From Promethearchaeota archaeon (GTDB lineage: Archaea > Asgardarchaeota > Lokiarchaeia > Sigyniarchaeales > SOKP01): a stretch of DNA of 64,000 bases. Below are positions 39,505-49,713 of the stretch, piece after piece. The notes beneath the pieces are model-generated. The model was given only the letters and a program-made list of their open reading frames with translations. It was not told the DNA's origin and did not search any database. A program made the translations under genes and the position numbers. The stretch spans positions 1 through 64,000 of the forward strand of contig JAHPZJ010000020.1 of assembly GCA_019058245.1 (NCBI GenBank). Direction: 5' to 3'. How positions within the stretch are numbered: position 1 is the first letter of the stretch; each line of letters begins with the position of its first letter.

Positions 39505-40260
39505 ATGTTGATATGGATTATTTTATTTAGTATATTAGGAAGTGTTGGTGCCCTAACTATTGCTGGAGTTTTTGTATTTTTGGGAGTTAATTATCAAAAA
39601 ACACTTATCCCTATCCTTATTGCTTTTGCAACGGGGGTATTATTAGCAGTTGCTTTTTTAGGTTTAATTCCAGAAGCGATTGAAGAAGTTGGAGAACCTC
39701 ATTTAATTATGCCTTTCATATTAGGAGGAATCCTGTTTTTCTTTTTAATGGAAAAGATGGTGATATGGAGGAATTGTCGTGATAAAACATGTAAAGTGCA
39801 CTCTCATGCTTCTGGAGCAATTGTTCTTGTGGGTGATTCTTTCCATAACTTTACAGATGGGATTGTAATAGCTGCATCATTTTTAGCTGGACTAAATCTT
39901 GGAGTTGTTGCGGGACTGACGATTATAATTCATGAAATATCTCAGGAAACTGCAGATTTTGGTATACTTCTGCATTCAGGATATTCAAAGAAAAAAGCTT
40001 TTTTGTACAATACTATCTCAAGTTTAACAACTATCCCGGCTTCTATTATCTCATTTTTCATATTAGATTCTCTTGAATTTGTTATTCCATTTTTATTGGC
40101 AATTTCTGCTGCTAGTTTCATTTATATAGCTCTTTCAGATTTAACTCCTGATCTCCATAAAAATTCAGATTTTAAATATATTATCCGTCAATTAGTAACA
40201 ATTCTAATAGGAATACTATTGATGACCCTGATATTATCGTTAGGAGGGCATCATAATTAA
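39505..40260 (+). CDS. ZIP family metal transporter (tandem paralog)
   Basis: GDSFHNFTDG, IHEISQETAD. Confidence 0.9.
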   Translation: MLIWIILFSILGSVGALTIAGVFVFLGVNYQKTLIPILIAFATGVLLAVAFLGLIPEAIEEVGEPHLIMPFILGGILFFFLMEKMVIWRNCRDKTCKVHSHASGAIVLVGDSFHNFTDGIVIAASFLAGLNLGVVAGLTIIIHEISQETADFGILLHSGYSKKKAFLYNTISSLTTIPASIISFFILDSLEFVIPFLLAISAASFIYIALSDLTPDLHKNSDFKYIIRQLVTILIGILLMTLILSLGGHHN

Positions 40261-40279
40261 AATTTAAAAGGATTATCGC

Positions 40280-40708
40280 ATGTTAGATATCGATTATATA
40301 GTATTAAAAAAGTTATATAAATATGGTCCTCTGAAAGTGGGAGAATTAGCAAAGAACCTTAAATCTCCTCATTCAACTATTGGTAGTTGTATAAAACGAT
40401 TAGAAAAAAAAGGATATGTTGTATATAACAGATATAAATCAGTGTATTTATCGGAGAAAGGGAAAGATCTCACCATTGAGTTAAAGCGTCATTCACATCT
40501 TCTTGAATTGCTATTAGTTAATGAGCTTGAAATAGAAGCAGAGAAAGCTCATAATGAGTGCGAAAAATTCAATTTACTTTTTTCATGTGAAATAATAAAC
40601 AAAATTTGTGAAAGATATGGCCATCCAAAAAAATGTCCCTGTGGAGAAGAGATACTAAACTCTATAGACTGTTTTTGTGAAGAAAAAAATAATAGTTCAC
40701 TTAATTAA
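40280..40708 (+). CDS. DtxR/MntR-family metal-dependent repressor
   Basis: wHTH, RHSHLLELLL, GHPKKCPCG. Confidence 0.85.
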   Translation: MLDIDYIVLKKLYKYGPLKVGELAKNLKSPHSTIGSCIKRLEKKGYVVYNRYKSVYLSEKGKDLTIELKRHSHLLELLLVNELEIEAEKAHNECEKFNLLFSCEIINKICERYGHPKKCPCGEEILNSIDCFCEEKNNSSLN

Positions 40709-41173
40709 TTTATTAGAAGCAAATGCTATCACAATTATTCCATAAAAATAATGATGGCTACTCATATTTGATTTACTGGAATGAATAATTTGGCATTCAT
40801 AACTTAATAAACTATCTTTAATTGTTGGTACTTTTATATTAATACCTGGAATAGTTTGAATACCTGCTTTTTTGAATTTATCAACATTTCTTCCAGAATA
40901 AGATCCAGCAATATCTATTGCGTCATAGATTTTATCTGAGGGAATATTTACAGAAAATTCATTCACACCCTCAGTGAGACATTCATATGTATATCGTGTA
41001 TATGCTACTTGCGCCCTGATAACAATATTCCCTTGAAATTCTTCAATAGTTTTCCAATCTAGAGCCATAACATTTGGTTTTCCATTTTTATCCATTGATA
41101 CCATTAATCCCGTATTTCTTTTGAAATACTCAATATAATCATAGGGATCAATTTCTTTCCTATTGTTAGACAT
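40697..41173 (-). CDS. Flavin reductase-like FMN-binding protein
   Basis: GKPNVM, EFSVNIP, GSYSGRNVDKF, YEC. Confidence 0.85.
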   Translation of the reverse strand: MSNNRKEIDPYDYIEYFKRNTGLMVSMDKNGKPNVMALDWKTIEEFQGNIVIRAQVAYTRYTYECLTEGVNEFSVNIPSDKIYDAIDIAGSYSGRNVDKFKKAGIQTIPGINIKVPTIKDSLLSYECQIIHSSKSNMSSHHYFYGIIVIAFASNKLIK

Positions 41174-41226
41174 TTTCTTACATTTACTTTTTAATTCTAA
41201 TAAAAATTTTCAAAATACTTTAAATA

Positions 41227-42063
41227 TTATGGAAGACCCGCTCCAGGTACATCAACTTTAACATATTCTATCTTTCCATTTGTTCTTTCTTGAGTTGAAG
41301 TACAAATAAAGAGGATATCTCTATCTTGACCACCTAACATACAAGCAAAAGCATCTGTATTGACGTTAACTTTATCAGTTATTTTACCACCTTCTAGAAC
41401 ACGTACAGCGCTACTATAATTAGGCGTAGCTACCCAAATTGCCCCCTCAGCATCTAAACATATACCATCTGGTGGCAATGATTTGAGATCTGCCCAAACT
41501 CTTCGATTCGTTAAAGAACTATCATCATTTATGTCAAAGGCTGTTAGTCGATATGCATAAGTTTCTGCCACTATAAGTGTTTTATCATCTGGGGTAATTA
41601 TCATTCCATTCGGGAATTTCATATTATCCGCAACAATCTTGGCATCTCCTTGGGGAGATACAAGAATTACTTCAGCGGGTTCAAATAATTTATTATTAAT
41701 ATAATCAAAACCAAAATTTCCTACATAGGCTCTACCTTCTTTATCTACAACCATATCATTTATTGGGAATGATATAAGTTTGCTTAAATCGGCTAATTCA
41801 GTAAGACCATCTGGATCAAGACGTAGTAAACGACGATTTTCCATTGAAACTATTAATAAATGTCCATCTGGAAGCCATCCTAACCCAGAAGGGCGATTTG
41901 GTATCTCTGTTATTATTTCTGGATTACCATTTAGATCAACAGCAGTTACCTTACGTGACCTCATATCAGAAAACCAAAGCCTCTCCTCATGCCAACGAGG
42001 ACCCTCTGGAAACTTTAATCCTTCTAAAAGTACTTTTGTCTCTAAATATTCCAATTTTCTCAC
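41227..42063 (-). CDS. SMP-30/gluconolactonase/LRE family protein
   Basis: FPEGPRW, NDMVVD, FPNG, PDGICLDAEG. Confidence 0.9.
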   Translation of the reverse strand: MRKLEYLETKVLLEGLKFPEGPRWHEERLWFSDMRSRKVTAVDLNGNPEIITEIPNRPSGLGWLPDGHLLIVSMENRRLLRLDPDGLTELADLSKLISFPINDMVVDKEGRAYVGNFGFDYINNKLFEPAEVILVSPQGDAKIVADNMKFPNGMIITPDDKTLIVAETYAYRLTAFDINDDSSLTNRRVWADLKSLPPDGICLDAEGAIWVATPNYSSAVRVLEGGKITDKVNVNTDAFACMLGGQDRDILFICTSTQERTNGKIEYVKVDVPGAGLP

Positions 42064-42379
42064 AAATTTCGATTATGTTTTAAATTTTTTAGTATAAATT
42101 ATTTTTTCTTATACGCTTAAATATGCATCTTCCTAATCATCGTCAGTGGCAATATTTTCAGATCATTCATGGCATCAGACCTCAGGATAACCGATATCAA
42201 AATTATCTCCCTCTAAATCACCATATAATATGATTCTATAATAAAATTAAACTCTATCATCATGTTTACTAATTATTTTGAAATTAATTATATTATTTTA
42301 CTTATATTCATTTTTAATCGGAAGATTTGTTTAAAATATAATAAAATAAGGCAAAAAATAATATAAGTATTGCATAAAA

Positions 42380-43417
42380 TTATGCAATACAGCTACTTGC
42401 ATCCCTTAATCTTTTTTCAGCATCATTTACGATCTCATCAATAATATTTTGAGCATTATTAATTGAATTAATTAAACCAATACTTTGACCCAAAAGAACA
42501 GCTCCATCAATTGTATTTCCCTCATAAGTCATTTCATAATGCTTTTGATCTTCCATTGCCATTTCAGGGGTAATTTGTGCTTCTAATGACATTTTTTCTT
42601 CTTTGCTGGATACAACACTATGATGCAAAGAATATTCATTTTTCCAGAGCCGAATTGGACCAAGAACTCCAGTAACCCATATAGTATCATCTGCTTTTGC
42701 TGAAGGTGTGATATTTTTATATTTATCATGGAATTCACTTTCATTTGAAGCGATAAATCTCGATCCCATAGCGATAGCACCAGCACCCATAGCTAGCGCT
42801 GAAGCTAAACCCTCTCCAGTAGCAAAACCACCACATGCTATTATCGGAACGTTTGAATGTTTTCGTGTAACTTGCTGTAATAGAACTAATGTACTGATTT
42901 TTTCATAACTCTGATGTCCTCCTCCTTCCCAACCAGTAGCAACAACTCCATCAACTCCCGATTCTATACATTTATCAGCAAGCCATAAAGCAGGAGCAAC
43001 ATGAAAATGCTTAATATTAGATCCGCTTTCCTTTAATTTTATATAGTTTTTAGTTTTTGGCAATGTTCTAGGGGAGCCAGCACTAGTTAATGCATACACA
43101 CATTGTTCCTTTATTTTTGGTTTATTCATAATAAATTCTGAAATCCCTCGACAGAGCCTTGGTGCATCAAGTTGCAATCTTGAAGTTCTTATATTAAATC
43201 CAAAAGGCTTATCTGTGTGTTCTACTACGTATTCCATATCCTTCTTCATTTCTTCTAGACTATTTTTTCCAAATAAATTTGTATGGCTTAGAACTCCCAA
43301 TCCACCAGCCTCTGAAACTGCTACTGTCAATTCTTTTGTGTAGAAAGGACCCATAGGTGCTGCAATAATTGGATGTTTGATGCCTAATAATTCAGTTATA
43401 TTTGTTCTTAATACCAT
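42380..43417 (-). CDS. Nitronate monooxygenase/FabK-like flavin oxidoreductase
   Basis: APMG, AVSEAGGLG, EGGGH, ACGG, MGSRF, GQSIG. Confidence 0.88.
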   Translation of the reverse strand: MVLRTNITELLGIKHPIIAAPMGPFYTKELTVAVSEAGGLGVLSHTNLFGKNSLEEMKKDMEYVVEHTDKPFGFNIRTSRLQLDAPRLCRGISEFIMNKPKIKEQCVYALTSAGSPRTLPKTKNYIKLKESGSNIKHFHVAPALWLADKCIESGVDGVVATGWEGGGHQSYEKISTLVLLQQVTRKHSNVPIIACGGFATGEGLASALAMGAGAIAMGSRFIASNESEFHDKYKNITPSAKADDTIWVTGVLGPIRLWKNEYSLHHSVVSSKEEKMSLEAQITPEMAMEDQKHYEMTYEGNTIDGAVLLGQSIGLINSINNAQNIIDEIVNDAEKRLRDASSCIA

Positions 43418-43825
43418 TTTCCTGTACTTTTCTAATTCTTATTAAATATATTTCTTACTTGTAATATTGATAAAGAAAAATAAGAAAATAATATAAAATT
43501 ATCAATTTCGAACCGATAATATAGAAAATTTTTTTTTGAAAAAATTTCTTACAACAATGTTTTAACGTTATTGAAAGAGATCTTTCAAGATTTATTTAAT
43601 TTTAATAATATTAGATTATTTAATATAGTTATATAAATTTAAAAAATTCCCAGATTAATAATCCAAAAGTTTATGGGATTTATTCGAAACGATATTAATA
43701 AATAGTAGAAAAATAACTTTAAATATTAGTTTCTTTTTGATTTTATAGAATAAGTATCAATAATTTAATCTTTTACAATAATTTATTAAATAAATAAAAA
43801 AATCTAAAGTACTCTAGATGAGGAG

Positions 43826-44839
43826 ATAAAGTTTAATATTAAACTAGTTGTTTGTGGTGAAGGAAAAGTTGGGAAAACTTCAATAATAGATGCTTTTTTA
43901 GGTAATGAAGTTCCTGAACAATACTTACCAACAATCGGTAATGTCACTAATAAAAAAGAATATTTATTAAAGGAGAATGGTAAATCACTTAAAATTTTGA
44001 TATCGATATGGGATTTAGGTGGTCAAAGATCTTTCAATCCATTTAATCCTTCAATATATACTAATACAGATATTGCTATTTTAGTTTTTGATTTAACTAG
44101 ACCAGAAGAGACTTTAAAAAATTTAAAGAGAGAATTCTTAAAAAATTTAAATCAAAATTCTGAAGATTTCTTATTACTTTATGTTGGAAATAAAATAGAT
44201 CTACTTGAAAAAGATAATTCTTTAAAAATGGCAATTCAAGAGTTCTTTACTCAAAATGATCATCTAATGCTAACATCCGCCAAAACAGGAGAAAATGTTG
44301 CTGATTGTTTTGAATTGTTATTATCAACTTATTTAAGAAAAGAGGAAATTTTAAATCCAGATCTAATTCTTGATAATCCCTCTAGTGTGTTTCATAATCT
44401 CATTGGCAAGGATGAGGAGAAATTAAAAAATAAACTTATTAAAATAACTGAGATTGAGTCAGTCCTAGAAAAAATAAAACCGATACCAAAAACAGTAAAA
44501 GAAGAGAAAGTTATTGAGGAAGAAGCGAAGGAAGATAAAGAAGTAAAATATTATGAATTTCTTAGAAAAGAATTAGATCAAAATGAATTACAAAGATTAG
44601 AAGTACTAGATCGTTTTTTAATAAGTTTATCAGAATTAGATGATACAATAAAACATATTAAAAAATCAAAAACCACATCCGTGATTGGACTAATTGATGA
44701 TTTAAAGAAAATTTTAATAAATGCTAAGAAAGAATTTAAAAAGAATGCTAATTTAATGATAAAATTAAATTCAGAAGAATTTGAATTAATAAAGGTTATC
44801 TCCAAGTTTGATGAAGAACAATCTTTACTAAACCAATAA
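43826..44839 (+). CDS. Rab-like small GTPase with C-terminal coiled coil (probable ATA start; ORF track starts at 43997)
   Basis: The in-frame upstream extension carries G1 GEGKVGKTS and G2 PTIG; then WDLGGQ, GNKID, TSAKTGENV. Confidence 0.88.
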   Translation: MKFNIKLVVCGEGKVGKTSIIDAFLGNEVPEQYLPTIGNVTNKKEYLLKENGKSLKILISIWDLGGQRSFNPFNPSIYTNTDIAILVFDLTRPEETLKNLKREFLKNLNQNSEDFLLLYVGNKIDLLEKDNSLKMAIQEFFTQNDHLMLTSAKTGENVADCFELLLSTYLRKEEILNPDLILDNPSSVFHNLIGKDEEKLKNKLIKITEIESVLEKIKPIPKTVKEEKVIEEEAKEDKEVKYYEFLRKELDQNELQRLEVLDRFLISLSELDDTIKHIKKSKTTSVIGLIDDLKKILINAKKEFKKNANLMIKLNSEEFELIKVISKFDEEQSLLNQ

Positions 44840-44897
44840 TAATCATGTGTTTAAAGGTTAAAACAAATAAAATTTAACAAACCATTATCATTACAAA

Positions 44898-45779
44898 GTG
44901 TATAAAATGCCCGAAGAAGTATCTCTAAAAGATTTTCAAAAATTAAAGGATCAATTTAATAAATTTGAACAAAAATTTAGTGATTTATTTAAAAAATCTG
45001 AACAAAAATCAACTGACCAATTTAATGATATTGAGAAGAAATTAACAGTTCAGGTTGATGATATAAAAAAATATTCAACCGAAAATATTAGCAAATTAGA
45101 ACAAAAAGTAAAGGACGATTATACATCATTAGCTCAAAATATAGATGATCTAGAAGAAAAAATAGATACAAAAATTGAAACTCTAGCAAATACGGTTGGA
45201 AAAGAATTAAATGAAAAGTTTGCAAGTTTAGAACTAAAAATTGAGGGAATCCATAAATTATTAAATTCCGAAATTGAAAAAAAAATCAAAAATATTGACC
45301 AACAATTGAATGTCTATGTAAGTAGTCTCAAAAGCGATTTAAAAACTATAAATGATGACCTAAAAAAAAATAAGGGAGAATTTTCTACTAGCTTAAAAAC
45401 TGTAAAAAAAGATATTAAAGCGAAGGAAGAAGGGCTTTCAGATATGATTAAAAGTTTTGATAAAAAAAATATAGAATTTAAGAAAGAGATTAAACCTGTT
45501 ATTGAAAACCTTAAAAGACAGCAAGATTTAGTCAAAATTACTGTTGATATACTGAAAAATCAGATTTATGAGAGTGCTAAAGAATGGATTAATGACGAAA
45601 TAAAATTAGCTTGTAAGGGTAAAGAAAAAGAAATTTTGATGAATTTATGGATTGATGAGATGAAAGAAATTATTGCAAACATAGATAAATTAAAGGAAAT
45701 GCATCCTAAAGAATTAAAACTTCATATAAATGAGATTTCAAGCACTATTGAATCATTTAAAGAGAAGTTTATAAAATAA
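44898..45779 (+). CDS. Coiled-coil hypothetical protein
   Basis: Continuous heptad/amphipathic K/E-rich helices. Confidence 0.7.
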   Translation: MYKMPEEVSLKDFQKLKDQFNKFEQKFSDLFKKSEQKSTDQFNDIEKKLTVQVDDIKKYSTENISKLEQKVKDDYTSLAQNIDDLEEKIDTKIETLANTVGKELNEKFASLELKIEGIHKLLNSEIEKKIKNIDQQLNVYVSSLKSDLKTINDDLKKNKGEFSTSLKTVKKDIKAKEEGLSDMIKSFDKKNIEFKKEIKPVIENLKRQQDLVKITVDILKNQIYESAKEWINDEIKLACKGKEKEILMNLWIDEMKEIIANIDKLKEMHPKELKLHINEISSTIESFKEKFIK

Positions 45780-45891
45780 ATCTTTTTTTAACTTATTTTA
45801 ACAATAAGATAATTTTGAATACTAAGAAAATCTTTTTTAAACATTTAATTAGAACTTTTTAATTATAAAATAACTTGAAATAATTTCAAAA

Positions 45892-46878
45892 ATGTGTCCT
45901 GATATTATATCTTTAGGAGAGTTATTAGTTGATATAATACGCACCGAAAAAGATACACCCCATAAAGAAATTGGAGCAATTTATAGAGGTCCCTTTCCAA
46001 GTGGAGCACCAGCAAATTATGTTAATTCAGCAGCTCGAATGGGATCGACTTTTTCATTAAAAACGGGATTTATTGGAGTAATAGGAGATGACGAATTCGG
46101 AAAATGTATTATTGAAAAATTACAAAAGGATAATGTAGATATTTCTCAAATTAGAGTATTAAAAGGATTAACTACTGGAATTGCATTCAATCAATATAAT
46201 TCAGATGGTTCTCGTAAATTTATCTTTGCAAAGGGAGCAGCTGGAAAAATATCCCCTGAAGATATTAATATGGATTATATAAAGAATGCAAAAAATCTTC
46301 ATATTACAGGAAGTGCTCTTTACATTAGTAAAACATCCTGTAAAGCATGTTATAAAGCTGTAAATCTAGCAAAATCAATAAATCCAGATATAATAATCTC
46401 ATTTGATCCAAATTTAAGATTGGAAATGCTTAGTTTAGAAGAGATACTAAAAATCAGTAAACCTATTTTGGAAACTACAAGTATTTTACTTCCAAGTAAA
46501 GAAGAAGCTGAAATGCTTGCAGGAATTAATGATTTTAAAATTGCATGTCGTAAACTACTTGCAATGGGGCCTAAAATCATTATTTTAAAACAAGGAAGAG
46601 AGGGATGTACTATTTTCACCAAAGATAACCAAAAAGGATTAAAAGTCGAAAGTTTTAAAGTTATTGAAAGAGATCCTACTGGGGCTGGAGATGCTTTTGG
46701 GGGTGCATTCATTGTAGGTTTTTTAGCAGGTTGGGATTTGGAAAAAGCGGCTTTGTTTGCAAATGCAGTAGGCGCATTAAAAGTTGAAACTATTGGTCCA
46801 ATGCCTGATACTTCATATGAAGATGTAATAAATTTCATGAAAATAAAGAAAATTAAAGATGTCAATAAGTTCGGCTAA
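45892..46878 (+). CDS. PfkB/ribokinase family sugar kinase
   Basis: SGAPAN, GDDEFG, FDPNLR, DPTGAGDAFGG. Confidence 0.92.
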   Translation: MCPDIISLGELLVDIIRTEKDTPHKEIGAIYRGPFPSGAPANYVNSAARMGSTFSLKTGFIGVIGDDEFGKCIIEKLQKDNVDISQIRVLKGLTTGIAFNQYNSDGSRKFIFAKGAAGKISPEDINMDYIKNAKNLHITGSALYISKTSCKACYKAVNLAKSINPDIIISFDPNLRLEMLSLEEILKISKPILETTSILLPSKEEAEMLAGINDFKIACRKLLAMGPKIIILKQGREGCTIFTKDNQKGLKVESFKVIERDPTGAGDAFGGAFIVGFLAGWDLEKAALFANAVGALKVETIGPMPDTSYEDVINFMKIKKIKDVNKFG

Positions 46879-47785
46879 GTCAATACAAAAAAGGACACTT
46901 GAATTCTGTCATAGCATAAAGGACTGGGAAATAAATATACGACTATTTGAAAGCATCAATAGATTTCTTAAAAAAGAATATAATTTGATACCAGATAAAG
47001 AACGTGTTGGTAAAGGTGTAAAATATATTTCTAATCACGTGGCTAAAGGTGTTTTTCAAAACTTATTCAATCAAGAAAAAATTGATAGAGAATTCATTAT
47101 TGAATTTATAGAAACTGGATTTAATTATGGAGAAAATATAGAAAGCCAAATAATTCAGCTTTTTGCATTACATATTATTGCTGAATTCATATCATTATTT
47201 CCTAATGATTTTGAGAAAATGCTTCCCTTAATAAAAAAATACGCTTGTCATAGAAATTGGATCGTTAGAGAGACAATCGCTGATTCAATATTAGCAGGCC
47301 TTAAAAAAAAGATGGATATTACTCTCAGTTTTTTAAATAAATGGGCTAAAAGCAGTAATGAAAATCTCAGAAGACTAGTCTCAGAAAGCCTTAGGCCCCA
47401 TTCTTCTATAAAATGGCTCAGAGATCCTACAAAAAATGATAAAATCTTAGATATTCTTACGATATTAAGAAGTGATCCATCTCTTTATGTAAGGAAATCT
47501 GTGGGAAATAATCTTAAAGATCTATCAAAATATATGCCTGAAAAAATCCTTAATTTATTAGAATCTTGGATAAAAAAAGCACAGATTATAGTTCATGATG
47601 AATTAGCATCTGAACTTGGGCTTAACCAGGTAGAAAAAAGATTAATATGGACAATGAAGCATGCGATGAGATGGATAAAAAATAAAAATCCAGAATATCA
47701 CTCCCACCTTGAAAAAATATTGGGGAAAAACTATATATTATTTTATGATGAAAAGAAAAATAGATTTGCAAAACCTATAAAATAA
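46859..47785 (+). CDS. AlkC/AlkD-like HEAT-repeat DNA alkylation repair protein
   Basis: NWIVRE, NENLRRLVSESLRP, DPSLYVRKSVGNNLKDLSK. Confidence 0.8.
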   Translation: MSISSAKSIQKRTLEFCHSIKDWEINIRLFESINRFLKKEYNLIPDKERVGKGVKYISNHVAKGVFQNLFNQEKIDREFIIEFIETGFNYGENIESQIIQLFALHIIAEFISLFPNDFEKMLPLIKKYACHRNWIVRETIADSILAGLKKKMDITLSFLNKWAKSSNENLRRLVSESLRPHSSIKWLRDPTKNDKILDILTILRSDPSLYVRKSVGNNLKDLSKYMPEKILNLLESWIKKAQIIVHDELASELGLNQVEKRLIWTMKHAMRWIKNKNPEYHSHLEKILGKNYILFYDEKKNRFAKPIK

Positions 47786-48195
47786 ATTAAAATGAGGAGA
47801 GACTAGAATGTCTGTTCAAACGCGAATCATTGATAAAGTTTAACCGATATCGTTCAATCCGGTCAAAAGACACAATAACCCTATGTTTGGAAACAAAATG
47901 ATTCAAAAAATTACAAATTACTACTGAAAACATTTTCATTTATAAAGTTATCCATTTATTTGGTCCTATTCCATAAAAAAAAAAGAGTAAATATTAACAT
48001 TTAAATATCTGAACTTTCTCTATTTCTTAAGAACCAAATATGATGAGCAAAATAATGTTTAATTATATCAACATCTATTTGAACAAAAAAAATTTTGCAA
48101 TAAAATTAAATATTGCAAAAATTAATTAAATTTTCATATTCTAATTCTATATGAGGTATAAATTATCATAATCTTATAATGATAAATCCAATATA

Positions 48196-49650
48196 ATGAC
48201 GAACGAATTTAAAGGAGAAGAAAAAGAAACAAAATCGGAAAAGGAAACTGATAGAGTAGATAAAGAATTCTTATCTAAAGCTAAGAATTCAAGAGATTTG
48301 ATTGATAAAACATTAAGAAAATTTGAGAATAGTATCGAAGATATATCAGAAACTATTACAAACGGAGAAATAGCAACAGAAAAAGAGATTGAAAAGAAAG
48401 CAAAAGAAAAATTTGACGAAGAGACAAAAGAAGCAAGAGAGAAGTTAGAAAATATTTTAAAAAAAATAGATGATAAAGAAAAATATTTAGCTGCAATTGA
48501 AGAGACTACTAAACAACTCGAGGAAAAATATAATCGAAAGACAGAAGAAATGACTAATTTAGAAGAAAGACTAACTATAACTAAAGAAAGCAAAGATAAT
48601 TTAGAAGAAGAATATATGGAGCTTTTAAAGAATAATGAACAATTAGTTAAGGCATATGAAACAAGGCAGGTTGACTTAATTGTACTTACAGATTCAATAA
48701 AAGAAAAAGTAGCAAATCAAGATGAATTACGTACTAAAATTTCAAAACACAATCAAGAAATCCAAGAGAAAGAAGATATCCTGGATAAAATAAGAGAAGA
48801 ATCGGAGGCATTAGAAAAAAAATTAAGAAGTCAAAGAGCTGAAAATGAAACTTTAAAAGTAAGTATTAGCAAAAATAAGATTGAATTAGAACATTCCAAT
48901 TCAGAAATTGAGGCAAAAGAAGAGGAAAAAAACCTATTAACTGAACAAGTTGATAAAAAGGAAAGAAGAATTAAAGAGATAGAATCAAAGCTCGAGGAAT
49001 ATAAAGAAGGTTTTCCTGAAATGGAAAAGCAAAGGGAAACGTATGAAGAACTTCTTTCTAAATATAAATTACAGCTATCAGACAAACAACAACAAATGAT
49101 AGAGATTGAATCTCGAATACAAGAATTGAATGATACAGCAAATTCATTAATAGAACAAATAATTTCAAAAGATAATTTGATTGAAGCAAATGAAAAAAGA
49201 TTTAATGATTTGAAACTGGATATAGAAACTTCAAATAGGGAATATCTTGAACGAGAAGGAAGATTAGAATCTTTAACTGAAAAATTGAAACATGTAGAAG
49301 CTGATCATGAAAAATTAAGTAAAGCAAAAGAAGCTATTGAAAACAGCACTAATGATTCTAGAGCGATTCTACAAAAACTCAAAATAGAATTAGAAAATCA
49401 AGAGAAGGAAATTCGAGATAAGGAAAGTAGAATTCATAGATTAGAGGTGTTATCAGCAATCTATAGAGCATCTAAATTTTTTGGTGGTATTTTAATTGGA
49501 ATTGGAATTTTTTTCATAATATGGTCTGTAGGGATATTTTATAGTTTTATTGATTTCGGTGATGCCACAGATTTTATAATGGGTTCATTATTATTAATAG
49601 GAGCCATCTTCTCAATTATCTCAGGCATTTTTCATTTGGAAAAGTCTTGA
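48196..49650 (+). CDS. Long coiled-coil protein with C-terminal two-TM anchor
   Basis: ~420 aa of E/K heptads followed by two hydrophobic helices. Confidence 0.8.
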   Translation: MTNEFKGEEKETKSEKETDRVDKEFLSKAKNSRDLIDKTLRKFENSIEDISETITNGEIATEKEIEKKAKEKFDEETKEAREKLENILKKIDDKEKYLAAIEETTKQLEEKYNRKTEEMTNLEERLTITKESKDNLEEEYMELLKNNEQLVKAYETRQVDLIVLTDSIKEKVANQDELRTKISKHNQEIQEKEDILDKIREESEALEKKLRSQRAENETLKVSISKNKIELEHSNSEIEAKEEEKNLLTEQVDKKERRIKEIESKLEEYKEGFPEMEKQRETYEELLSKYKLQLSDKQQQMIEIESRIQELNDTANSLIEQIISKDNLIEANEKRFNDLKLDIETSNREYLEREGRLESLTEKLKHVEADHEKLSKAKEAIENSTNDSRAILQKLKIELENQEKEIRDKESRIHRLEVLSAIYRASKFFGGILIGIGIFFIIWSVGIFYSFIDFGDATDFIMGSLLLIGAIFSIISGIFHLEKS

Positions 49651-49713
49651 TTTTTCGCATTATTAACCCATCTTTCCATCCTTGAATCTTAAAATAAAAG
49701 TTATCTGTTAAAA

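Noticed and set aside
42110-42265. Minus-strand frame GDLEGDNFDIGYPEV*CHE* with TGA codons (selenoprotein?), plus ATGATGA/CTGA boxes (C/D sRNA?)
   Set aside because: The frame also has TAA/TAG stops and no start or SECIS, and box spacing does not fit a C/D RNA. It is probably decayed coding DNA.
47794-47976. GAGGAG RBS plus ATG at 47808 giving an 11-codon ORF and broken frames
   Set aside because: Possibly another gene scar, but no recognisable homology.
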